NCBI GenBank assembly: GCA_963704165.1 | Contig: CAVPHD010000006.1 | Location: 64,001 to 128,000 of the forward strand | Length of the DNA: 64,000 nucleotides | Direction: 5' to 3' | Source of the DNA: an uncultured delta proteobacterium | Lineage (GTDB): Bacteria > Myxococcota_A > UBA9160 > SZUA-336 | Shown here: in pieces, positions 19,415 through 27,728 of the stretch | Layout: each line of letters opens with the position of its first letter | Position numbering within the stretch: position 1 is the first letter of the stretch | Notes under the pieces: generated by a model | What the model was told of the DNA's origin: nothing | Databases searched by the model: none | What the model saw: the letters and a program-made list of their open reading frames with translations, nothing else | Position numbers and translations under genes: made by a program

Positions 19415-20127
19415 AAGCTTTCTTTGTAGGGGCGCAGGTCGAGCTCGAGAGTCCAGGCGCTGCGCGGCTGAGCGAAGAGCGCGAAGTAAGCGTCGGCGAT
19501 CGCATCGGGCTTGAGCATGCCGTCCTCGCCAGCGCGCTCCTTCGCCGCCGGAAATCGCGAGAGCAACTGGTCGCCCTCGATCATTCCATCGACGATCACG
19601 TGCGCTACGTGCAATCCCTGCGGGCCGAACTCGCGCGCGAGGCCGTGCGCGAGCGCGCGCAGCCCCGCTTTCGCGGCGGCGAACGCCGTGAATGGCGGCT
19701 TCGCGCGGAGCGAGGCCGTCGCTCCCGTGAAGATCAGCGTGCCACCTCCGGCCGGAACCATGCGGCGAGCGGCTTCGCGGCCGACGAGAAAGCCCCCGAG
19801 ACAGCCGACCCGCCACGCCTGCTCGAAGAACGCCGCATCCATCTCCAGCAGCGGCCGGATCATGGCGTTTCCGGCGTTGTAGACCACGAGCTTCGGGGGT
19901 TCGTTGACCGTCTCAAAGACGCGAACCACGTCGGACTCGCTCGTCACGTCGCAGAGAATCGATGCGGCGCGTCCACCGGCGGCTCGGATCTCATCGACGA
20001 CCGCCCCGAGTTTCGCGGGCGTTCGGCCGGCCGCGAGCACGCCGAATCCTTCACGGGCGATGCGCCGGCACAGGGCGCCGCCGAGGCCCGCGCTCGCCCC
20101 GACACCGAAGACGATCGATTCAGCCAC
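19411..20127 (-). CDS. SDR family NAD(P)-dependent oxidoreductase
   Basis: GVGASAGLG, YNAGN, TGATASLR, FAAAKAGLR, HVAHVIVDG, WTLELDLRP. Confidence 0.9.
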   Translation of the reverse strand: MAESIVFGVGASAGLGGALCRRIAREGFGVLAAGRTPAKLGAVVDEIRAAGGRAASILCDVTSESDVVRVFETVNEPPKLVVYNAGNAMIRPLLEMDAAFFEQAWRVGCLGGFLVGREAARRMVPAGGGTLIFTGATASLRAKPPFTAFAAAKAGLRALAHGLAREFGPQGLHVAHVIVDGMIEGDQLLSRFPAAKERAGEDGMLKPDAIADAYFALFAQPRSAWTLELDLRPYKESF

Positions 20128-20300
20128 CGTCCGAAGCTACCACAGGCGCGCACTACGCCGACCGGCGTAGCGGATTCCGTTCCCGGACCGTAGCCGGGGG
20201 CTCCGCAAATGCGGAGATGGGCGTTCGAGAGCGAACGAAGCCTTCGAGGCAGAGCCGCGCCCGGCGGCGCTGCCGTCGACTATCTGAGCCGAGATCGGTT

Positions 20301-20337
20301 GATCGGAAGGGCCCGGGGTCTCCGAGCCCCTCCGATC
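20301..20337 (-). terminator. 16-bp hairpin downstream of the RRM gene
   Basis: Minus strand GATCGGAGGGGCTCGG-AGACC-CCGGGCCCTTCCGATC pairs fully (two G-U pairs) only on this strand; no clear U-tract. Confidence 0.55.
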
Positions 20338-20355
20338 GAACTCGATTCGTTGCGC

Positions 20356-20697
<342 letters not shown>

Positions 20698-21031
20698 CTG
20701 ATGTATCCCGTACGTGACCCGCTCATTTCCGTCCGCGGGCACGCCCCTCGCCTCCTTCGAACCGGACACGTTCCGGCGCTGAAGAGAGACGATTACTGTA
20801 GCTGCACGATACACGGGGGATCGGGCCCCGATATGCGGCAGGACGGGCCGACGGTCGTTTCGAGTCACTGCTGAGGGATGAACCAGAGCGGTGCGTCGAA
20901 CGATCGACGCCAATCGTGCCGAAGTCTAGCCCGGCCATCCTGGAATGGCGACCCTGACTTCAGCTTTGGCGCAACTATTTTCCGTCCTGGGCCCGGCCGT
21001 GCCGAAGACCCGTGCTGGCGCGGATGGCGAC

Positions 21032-21109
21032 TGGTGACCCCAGCGGGATTCGAACCCGCGTTCTCGGCGTGAAAGGCCGGTGTCCTGGGCCAAGCTAGAC
21101 GATGGGGTC
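21032..21109 (-). tRNA. tRNA-Glu (anticodon UUC), encoded CCA
   Basis: GACCCCA...TGGGGTC acceptor stem, GGTTCGAATCC T-arm, CT-TTC-AC anticodon loop, 3' ACCA. Confidence 0.96.
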
Positions 21110-21134
21110 GAGTACCGGTCGGCCGGCGGCGCGT

Positions 21135-21163
21135 AGCCTAGCCGTGGGCCTTCGAGGGGTCAA
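21135..21163 (-). promoter_or_regulatory. Sigma70-type promoter of tRNA-Glu
   Basis: TTGACC-N17-TAGGCT followed by a GC-rich discriminator. Confidence 0.7.
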
Positions 21164-21247
21164 ACTTCCGACGGGATTCGAGCGGCGGCAGGCTCGGCCG
21201 CACCCAATGCGGTGGAATATCACGCCGTTTCCGTCGTACCGCGAATC

Positions 21248-21275
21248 TTGACCCATTCGTACGGAATCGTATCGT
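21248..21275 (+). promoter_or_regulatory. Sigma70-type promoter of the Grx4 gene
   Basis: TTGACC-N16-TATCGT; the spacer region carries the imperfect palindrome ATTCGTACGGAAT. Confidence 0.55.
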
Positions 21276-21303
21276 GCGTCACTTCTACGAGGGAGACGAA
21301 TCC

Positions 21304-22233
21304 ATGAGCGTCGATCCAGCGCTTCGCGAACGGCTCGAATCGATCGTCCGGGCGGATCGCGTAGTCCTATTCATGAAGGGGACGCCCGACTCACCCCAGT
21401 GCGGCTTCTCCGCGCAGGTCGTTTCGATCCTGGGCCGCCTGATTCCCGAGTACGGCAGCTTCGACGTGCTCTCCGACGGCGCCATCCGCGAGGGCATCAA
21501 GGACTTCTCGAACTGGCCGACGATCCCCCAGCTCTATGTGGACGGCGAGTTCCAGGGCGGCTGCGACATCGTGAAGGAGCTCTACGCGAGCGGTGAGCTA
21601 CAGAAGCTCCTCGGCGTAGAAGTACAGACCGTGGCCGCTCCCAGCGTGACCGTGACCCCGGACGCCGCCGAGCTGCTCCGCGGCGTGATCGCGAACCAGG
21701 GTGGCGAACTCCACATCGCGATCGACGCTTCGTTCAAGCACTCGCTCTCGGTCGGGCCGCGCACGGGAAACGAGATCGCGGCCTCGAGCAACGGCCTCGC
21801 GATCCTCTTCGATCGCGACTCGGCGCAGCGCGCGAACGGGCTCGTGATCGGCACCGCCGACTCGGGCGGGACGAAGGCGCTGACCGTCGAGAACCCGAAC
21901 GCTCCGCGCGCCGCCGAGGTCAATCAGCTCTCGGCACCCGAGCTCCAGGCGCTGATGGACGCCGGACAGGAATTCCACCTCTACGACGTGCGCACGCCCG
22001 AGGAGCAGAAGCAGGCACGAATCGCCGCCGCGACGCTCGTCGATGCGCGCGTCGCCGCCGAGATCGAGAAGCTGCCGAAGGACGCGCTGATCGTCTTCCA
22101 CTGCCACCACGGCGGCCGAAGTCAAGCGGCGGCCGAGCACTTCGCGAGCCGTGGCTTCACGAACGTGCACAACCTCGCGGGCGGAATCGACGCATGGTCA
22201 CGCGAGGTCGACGCGTCGATCCCTCGGTACTGA
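21304..22233 (+). CDS. grxD: Monothiol glutaredoxin (Grx4) fused to a Cys-less HesB/IscA-like domain and a rhodanese domain
   Basis: VLFMKG..PQCGFS, WPTIPQLY..GGCDI; middle VTVTPDAA...ENPNA; DVRTPEE, CHHGGRS, NLAGGIDAW. Confidence 0.9.
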   Translation: MSVDPALRERLESIVRADRVVLFMKGTPDSPQCGFSAQVVSILGRLIPEYGSFDVLSDGAIREGIKDFSNWPTIPQLYVDGEFQGGCDIVKELYASGELQKLLGVEVQTVAAPSVTVTPDAAELLRGVIANQGGELHIAIDASFKHSLSVGPRTGNEIAASSNGLAILFDRDSAQRANGLVIGTADSGGTKALTVENPNAPRAAEVNQLSAPELQALMDAGQEFHLYDVRTPEEQKQARIAAATLVDARVAAEIEKLPKDALIVFHCHHGGRSQAAAEHFASRGFTNVHNLAGGIDAWSREVDASIPRY

Positions 22234-22249
22234 GGGCGGTAGGCACGAC

Positions 22250-22516
22250 GTGGCCCTTCAAATCCATGCGCCGCCGGACGAGGTGATCGCGAAGCTCCGC
22301 ACGGCAATCGAGACGGCGCTTCCCTGCGACGAGCTCGAGGTTCAGGGCAGCGGTGGGCACTTCGAGATCCGCGTGGTCTCGAAGTCGTTCGAGGGCAAGA
22401 ACACGCTCGCGAAGCAGCGACTCGTGTTCAGCGCAATCGCGCACCTGATGAAGGGCAACGAGGCCCCGGTTCACGCGATCGACAGGCTCGACACGCTCAC
22501 GCCCCCCACGCCCTAG
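22250..22516 (+). CDS. BolA/IbaG family protein
   Basis: GGHFEIRVVSKSFEGK..LAKQRLVF, VHAI. Confidence 0.9.
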   Translation: MALQIHAPPDEVIAKLRTAIETALPCDELEVQGSGGHFEIRVVSKSFEGKNTLAKQRLVFSAIAHLMKGNEAPVHAIDRLDTLTPPTP

Positions 22517-22560
22517 TTCGCGGCTCGACAGCTCGCCGGCTTTGCGGTTCTACTTCGCGC

Positions 22561-23598
22561 GTGGCGCCAACATCGCGCAGGTCGGGTGTGTTGATCGCGA
22601 ACCTCGGCACGCCGAGCTCGCCGGAAACGGGCGACGTACGGCGGTACCTGCGCGAGTTCCTCACGGATCCGCGCGTGATCGACATCCCTGCCCTGCCTCG
22701 CTGGCTGCTGGTCAACGCCGTGATCGCACCGTTTCGGGCGCCGCGCTCCGCCCGGGCGTACCGCGCGATCTGGACCGAGCACGGCTCCCCCCTGCTCGCC
22801 CACGGACACGCTCTGCGGGACGCGCTGGCGGTCGAACTCGGAAGCGATTTCGAAGTCGCGCTCGGCATGCGCTACGGAGAACCGTCCCTCGCGCGCGCAT
22901 TCGACGATCTCACGAAGCACGACCTCGCACGCGTGGTGGTCGTGCCGCTCTTTCCGCACTACGCCTCGTCGTCGACCGGATCCGCGCTCGCACGCCTGCA
23001 CGAGCTGGCCGCCGCGCGCTGGAATGTGCCCGCCTTCGCGACGCTGCCCGAGTTCTTCGACGAGCCCGGCTTCATCGGCGCCCTCGCCGAGATCGCCCGT
23101 CCGCGGCTCGACGCGTTCCGGCCCGATCACGTGCTGTTCAGCTACCACGGACTGCCGGAACGACAGGTGCGCAAGAGCGACTCGACCGGCGAACACTGCC
23201 TGGAGTCGGCCGGCTGCTGCGATGCGATCGGCGAGGCGAATCGCTCGTGCTACCGCGCGCAGTGCTACGCGACCACACGCGCACTCGGTGCATCGCTCGA
23301 GCTGCCGCAGGGGGAGTTCTCGACCTCGTTCCAGTCGCGGCTCGGGCGCACGCCGTGGATCGAACCCCACACCGATGCCGTCCTGCCGGAGCTCGCTCGC
23401 GCGGGGAAGAAACGGCTGGCGGTCATCTGCCCGTCCTTCGTCGCGGATTGCCTCGAAACGCTCGAGGAGATCGGCCTGCGCGGCGCGGAGCAGTGGCGCG
23501 CGCTCGGCGGCGCGGCGCTCGAGCTCGTGCCGTGCGCGAACGCGCACCCGGCCTTCGTGCGCTTCCTTGCCGCGCGCGTCCGGAGCTCGAGCGGATGA
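22561..23598 (+). CDS. hemH: Ferrochelatase with Cys-rich insertion
   Basis: NLGTP, YLREFL.DPRVID, MRYGEP, FSYHGLP, FQSRLG..PW..P, FVADCLETLEEI; C-x5-CC-x9-C insert. Confidence 0.95.
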   Translation: MAPTSRRSGVLIANLGTPSSPETGDVRRYLREFLTDPRVIDIPALPRWLLVNAVIAPFRAPRSARAYRAIWTEHGSPLLAHGHALRDALAVELGSDFEVALGMRYGEPSLARAFDDLTKHDLARVVVVPLFPHYASSSTGSALARLHELAAARWNVPAFATLPEFFDEPGFIGALAEIARPRLDAFRPDHVLFSYHGLPERQVRKSDSTGEHCLESAGCCDAIGEANRSCYRAQCYATTRALGASLELPQGEFSTSFQSRLGRTPWIEPHTDAVLPELARAGKKRLAVICPSFVADCLETLEEIGLRGAEQWRALGGAALELVPCANAHPAFVRFLAARVRSSSG

Positions 23599-24605
23599 CA
23601 CGCGCCGAGAAGGCGAAGCGGATCGGCGAGATCCTCGACTCGCTCTACCCGATGCCCGAGGTGCCGCTCCGGCACCGCGATCCCTACACGCTTCTGATCG
23701 CCGTCGTGCTCTCGGCGCAGTGCACCGACGTGCGGGTGAACCAGGTGACCCCGCGCCTCTTCGCACGCGCACGCACGCCGCAGGCGATGGTGAAGCTCGG
23801 CGTGCCGGCCATCCGCGAGATCATCCGGCCCTGCGGGCTCTCTCCGGCGAAGTCACGGAACATCCACGAGCTCTCGAAGCTCTTGCTCGAGCGACACCAC
23901 GGTGACGTGCCCGCCGATTTCGAGGCGCTCGAGGCGCTGCCCGGCGTCGGGCACAAGAGCGCGAGCATCGTGATGTCGCAGGCTTTCGGAATCCCGGCGT
24001 TTGCGGTGGACACGCACGTCCATCGCCTGGCCGAGCGCTTCGGACTCTCGAGCGGTCGGAACGTCGTCGAGACCGAGCGCGATCTCAAGGCGCTCTATCC
24101 CGAGAACGAGTGGATCCGCCGCCATCTGCAGTTCGTCTACTTCGGCCGCGAGCACTGCCCGGCGCGCGCACACGATCCCTCGGGATGCCCGATCTGCAGC
24201 TGGGCGGCGGCGCGGAGTCGTCAGGTCCCGATCGCCGAGAGCCGTAGCAGCGGCCCGACCGGCTCGGTCTCGCGGGCGAGATCGATCTCCCCCGCGATGA
24301 ACCAGTCGTTCGCGTCGCTCGGGTCGAGCAAGACCTGCGTGACCGTCCAGCGACGCGGGCCGTCGGATTCGATTCGCGTCCACTCGGCGTGGCGAGCCGC
24401 GTGTGTGAACAGCAGCTCGCCGTGCTGCGCGAAGTACGGCGCGAGCGCCCGCTCGAAACGCTCCGGCGTCCAGGGGTCGTCGGGATCCGCGTGGACGGAG
24501 GCCGCGGCTTCCGCCCAGTCCCGTTCGGCCAGCGCGCGGACCAGACGGTGCAGCTCGGCGCGAGCCCGGGCACGCAGCGCACGTTCGTCGCGGGCGAGAT
24601 CGTAG
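23595..24605 (+). CDS. nth: Endonuclease III (homology ends near 24215; ORF reads on into the convergent helicase gene)
   Basis: LLIAVVLSAQCTD..VN, LPGVGHKSA (HhH), AVDTHVHRL, HCPARAH....CPIC. Confidence 0.9.
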   Translation: MTRAEKAKRIGEILDSLYPMPEVPLRHRDPYTLLIAVVLSAQCTDVRVNQVTPRLFARARTPQAMVKLGVPAIREIIRPCGLSPAKSRNIHELSKLLLERHHGDVPADFEALEALPGVGHKSASIVMSQAFGIPAFAVDTHVHRLAERFGLSSGRNVVETERDLKALYPENEWIRRHLQFVYFGREHCPARAHDPSGCPICSWAAARSRQVPIAESRSSGPTGSVSRARSISPAMNQSFASLGSSKTCVTVQRRGPSDSIRVHSAWRAACVNSSSPCCAKYGASARSKRSGVQGSSGSAWTEAAASAQSRSASARTRRCSSARARARSARSSRARS

Positions 24606-26788
24606 ACACGGGTCGGAACCGGCGCGGGTGTGGCTCCGGTCCGTCGCGCACCGGGATGCATCAGGCTCTCCCACTCGTCGACCAGGCTCGAATCGACGCG
24701 TTCGAGCATCGTGCGGAAGTACGCGATCACGTCGTGCACGGCCTCGGTCTTCGCGCCCTCGGGAACGGTCTGAACGATCGTTCCGTAGACCTGGGAGACG
24801 TAGCGCAAGAGGAGACCCTCGATGCGCTGCAACCCGTAGAAGCGCACGTAGTGGTCGAAACTGAAATAGCCCTCGTACATCTCGCGCGCGATCGACTTCG
24901 GATGGACGTCCTGGTGGCGAACCCATGGGTGCTTGCGCGCGAAGAAGTCGAAGGTCTGCTCGATGAATGCGCGGCTCGGGGCAAGAGGCTGCACCTCGTC
25001 GAGCCGACGGATGCGCTCCTCGTAGGGAACGCCTTCGGCCTTGAGCTGTACCATGAGCTCGCTCTTGATCCGATCGAGCTGACGAAACAGGATCGCACGG
25101 GGATCCTCGAGCACCGCTTCGACGAGCGAGAGCACCTCGTTGGCGAAGGCCGCGTCACGCGCCTCGATGTACGAGATTGCCTCGACCACGTAGAGCGAGA
25201 GCGCGTGGTGCAAGGAGAAGTCCCACTGCAGGTCTTCGGCGACGCGCACGCGACGCCGACCCGTCGTCGGATCACGCTCGACGCGAACGATGTCGGCCGC
25301 GCGCAGGCCGCGGAAGAGCTGCGCGGCCTCGCGCAGGATTCGCCGCTTGCGGGGGTCGCTCTCGTGGCTGCGGGCGATGAGATCCGCGACCGCGCGCCAT
25401 CCGCCGCGCGGATCGGGGTCGTCCTCGGCCCGGCGAAGGAGCAGCACGATCATTCCGTGCGTGACACGGAATCGCGACACGAGCGGCTCGGGCGAGCGCT
25501 CGATCAGGCGCTCGAAGGTCTCCTCGTTCCACCCGACGAAGCCCGGCGGCGGCTTCCGCGTCACCTCGCGCTTGCGCTTCTTTCCGCCCGATTTCGTCGC
25601 ACGCTCGCGAAGGCGCCGGTTCTCGATCACGTGCTCCGGCGCCTGACAGACGACGCTGCCGCGTTCGTCGAAACCCTTCCGCCCGGCTCGGCCGCCGATC
25701 TGCCGGAACTCGCGGACGGACAGCGCACCGACGCGGCGGCCGTCGAACTTGGCGAGCTTCGTGAACAGCACCGTGCGGATCGGAATGTTCACTCCGACGC
25801 CGAGCGTGTCGGTGCCGGAGATGACCTTCAGGAGCCCCCGTTGCGCGAGCTGCTCGACGAGCAGCCGGTACTTCGGCAGCAGCCCCGCATGGTGGATGCC
25901 GATGCCCGCGCGCACGATCCGCGAAAGCTCCTTGCCGTACGCGGTATCGAATGCGAAATCGCCGAGCGCCTCGCCGATCCTCACGCGTTCCGGACGCGAG
26001 GCCACGTTCAGACTGGTGAGCGCCTGTGCGAGCTCCGCCGCCTCGCGCTGCGTGAACGAGACGACGTAGATCGGCGCCTTGCCCGCCTCGATCAGCTCCT
26101 CGACCGTCTCGTGCAGCGGCGTCTCGCAGTAGGCGAAGTCGAGTGGCACCGGGCGTTCGCTCGAGGAGACGAGCGCCACCGGTCGTCCGGAACGCTGCTC
26201 GAGGTCCCGCCGGATCTCCGTCGTGTCGCCGAGCGTGGCCGACATCAGCAGGAACGTCGCCCGCGGCATCACGAGCAATGGCACCTGCCAGGCCACGCCG
26301 CGCTGAGGGTCGGAGTAGAAGTGGAACTCGTCCATCACGACGTACGGCACGTCGAGATCGGTGCCCTGACGCAGCGCCATGTTCGCGAGCACTTCGACGG
26401 TGCAGCAGACGATCGGAGCCGCGGAGTTGATGCTCGCGTCGCCCGTCAGCATGCCGACGTTCTCGGGGCCGAAGTCCTGGCAGAGCGCGAAGAACTTCTC
26501 GCTGACCAGCGCCTTCACCGGCGACGTGTAGAACGAGCGGCGTCCCTCACACATCGCCTTGAAGTGGAACAAGGTCGCGACGAGCGACTTTCCGGACCCG
26601 GTCGGCGTCGAGAGCACGACGTGCTTTCCGGCGAGGATCTCGAGGAACGCCTCCTCCTGCGCGGGATAGGGCACGAGCCCCCGCTCGCTCGACCAGCTCA
26701 CGAAGCGATCGAGGACCTCGTCGGCTTCGAGCCTCCCGATCGGGCTCGCGAGATCGACGAGACGGGGCGAGGCGTCGCCCTCAGCCAC
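24221..26788 (-). CDS. Ski2-like DEAD/DEAH helicase with DUF3516-type C-terminus
   Basis: TPTGSGKS, DEFH, MSAT, GIGIHHAGLLP, GTDTLGVGVN.P, QIGGRAGR. Confidence 0.92.
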   Translation of the reverse strand: MAEGDASPRLVDLASPIGRLEADEVLDRFVSWSSERGLVPYPAQEEAFLEILAGKHVVLSTPTGSGKSLVATLFHFKAMCEGRRSFYTSPVKALVSEKFFALCQDFGPENVGMLTGDASINSAAPIVCCTVEVLANMALRQGTDLDVPYVVMDEFHFYSDPQRGVAWQVPLLVMPRATFLLMSATLGDTTEIRRDLEQRSGRPVALVSSSERPVPLDFAYCETPLHETVEELIEAGKAPIYVVSFTQREAAELAQALTSLNVASRPERVRIGEALGDFAFDTAYGKELSRIVRAGIGIHHAGLLPKYRLLVEQLAQRGLLKVISGTDTLGVGVNIPIRTVLFTKLAKFDGRRVGALSVREFRQIGGRAGRKGFDERGSVVCQAPEHVIENRRLRERATKSGGKKRKREVTRKPPPGFVGWNEETFERLIERSPEPLVSRFRVTHGMIVLLLRRAEDDPDPRGGWRAVADLIARSHESDPRKRRILREAAQLFRGLRAADIVRVERDPTTGRRRVRVAEDLQWDFSLHHALSLYVVEAISYIEARDAAFANEVLSLVEAVLEDPRAILFRQLDRIKSELMVQLKAEGVPYEERIRRLDEVQPLAPSRAFIEQTFDFFARKHPWVRHQDVHPKSIAREMYEGYFSFDHYVRFYGLQRIEGLLLRYVSQVYGTIVQTVPEGAKTEAVHDVIAYFRTMLERVDSSLVDEWESLMHPGARRTGATPAPVPTRVYDLARDERALRARARAELHRLVRALAERDWAEAAASVHADPDDPWTPERFERALAPYFAQHGELLFTHAARHAEWTRIESDGPRRWTVTQVLLDPSDANDWFIAGEIDLARETEPVGPLLRLSAIGT

Positions 26789-27689
26789 GCGGCTCGCGTC
26801 CTCTCCGGATCACGACCACCCGCCCGACGATCTCGGCCGGGGGCGAGACATCGGGCGTCGCGATCTCGATTCGAGCGCCCACGCCCTGCACGATGCGCAG
26901 ACCGGCGTCGGTGAGGACGAAGCCCTTTGCGCGCAGCGCTCCCTCGTTCTCGATCCGCCGCAGAATCGCGTCGTCCCCGAGGCCCGGCTCGAACTCGATG
27001 ACGTCGGTCTCGAACGCCTCGTGGCGGTGCGAAGCGCCCGCGCCACGCGCCCGGCGCACGCGCTTCGCCTGCTCGAGTCCGGGCGGAAAGAGCAGCTCAG
27101 GCGACACCACCGAGTGTCTGGCGTGCAGAATCGGAGCGTCGGGCTCGATCTCGCGAAGCCGGGCCTCGAGCTCGGGCAGGATCGCCTCGGGGACCAGGTC
27201 GAGCTTGTTCAGCAGGATCAGGTCCGCGGACGAGACCTGATCCTCGAACGTCCCTTCGAGGTCTCGCCCGCTCGCGAGCTGCTCGGCGTTCACCACGATC
27301 ACCGTCACGTCGTCTCCGATCCAACGCGAGATCGGCTCGCGCCAGAAGTTCAGCTGGACGTCGTACGGCAGCGCGACACCCGAGGTCTCGATCACGATCC
27401 GGTCCGGGTCGATCCGCTCGCGCAGCTGTTCGAGCGTGACCACGAGCTCGTCGGAGAGCTGACAGCAGACGCAGCCCCCGCCGAGCTCGACGAACGTCTC
27501 GTCGCTGCCGCCGAGAAGCGCACGGTCGATCCCGAGCTCGCCGAACTCGTTCGAGATGATCGCGAGTCGAAGCCCCTGATCGCGAGCGTCCTCGAGCAGG
27601 TGGCGCACCAGGGTGGTCTTGCCCGAGCCCAGGAAGCCCGAGACGAGCAACGCGGGAACGCGTCGGCGGGTCGATCCGCTCTCCGTCAC
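26781..27689 (-). CDS. CobW/COG0523 family metallochaperone GTPase
   Basis: GFLGSGKTT, NEFGE.GID, GCVCC, IETSG, LNKLD, RAKGF. Confidence 0.92.
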   Translation of the reverse strand: MTESGSTRRRVPALLVSGFLGSGKTTLVRHLLEDARDQGLRLAIISNEFGELGIDRALLGGSDETFVELGGGCVCCQLSDELVVTLEQLRERIDPDRIVIETSGVALPYDVQLNFWREPISRWIGDDVTVIVVNAEQLASGRDLEGTFEDQVSSADLILLNKLDLVPEAILPELEARLREIEPDAPILHARHSVVSPELLFPPGLEQAKRVRRARGAGASHRHEAFETDVIEFEPGLGDDAILRRIENEGALRAKGFVLTDAGLRIVQGVGARIEIATPDVSPPAEIVGRVVVIRRGREPRG

Positions 27690-27728
27690 GTGCAGGAGGA
27701 TGCCGGACCGGGCTAGGTTCCGCCGCCG

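Noticed and set aside
20153..20170. Short hairpin CTACGCC-GACC-GGCGTAG
   Set aside because: 7-bp GC-rich stem with no U-tract; too common by chance to call
20812..21109. tRNA-Glu as an integration site or island boundary
   Set aside because: No integrase, no duplicated tRNA 3' end seen, and no obvious compositional shift
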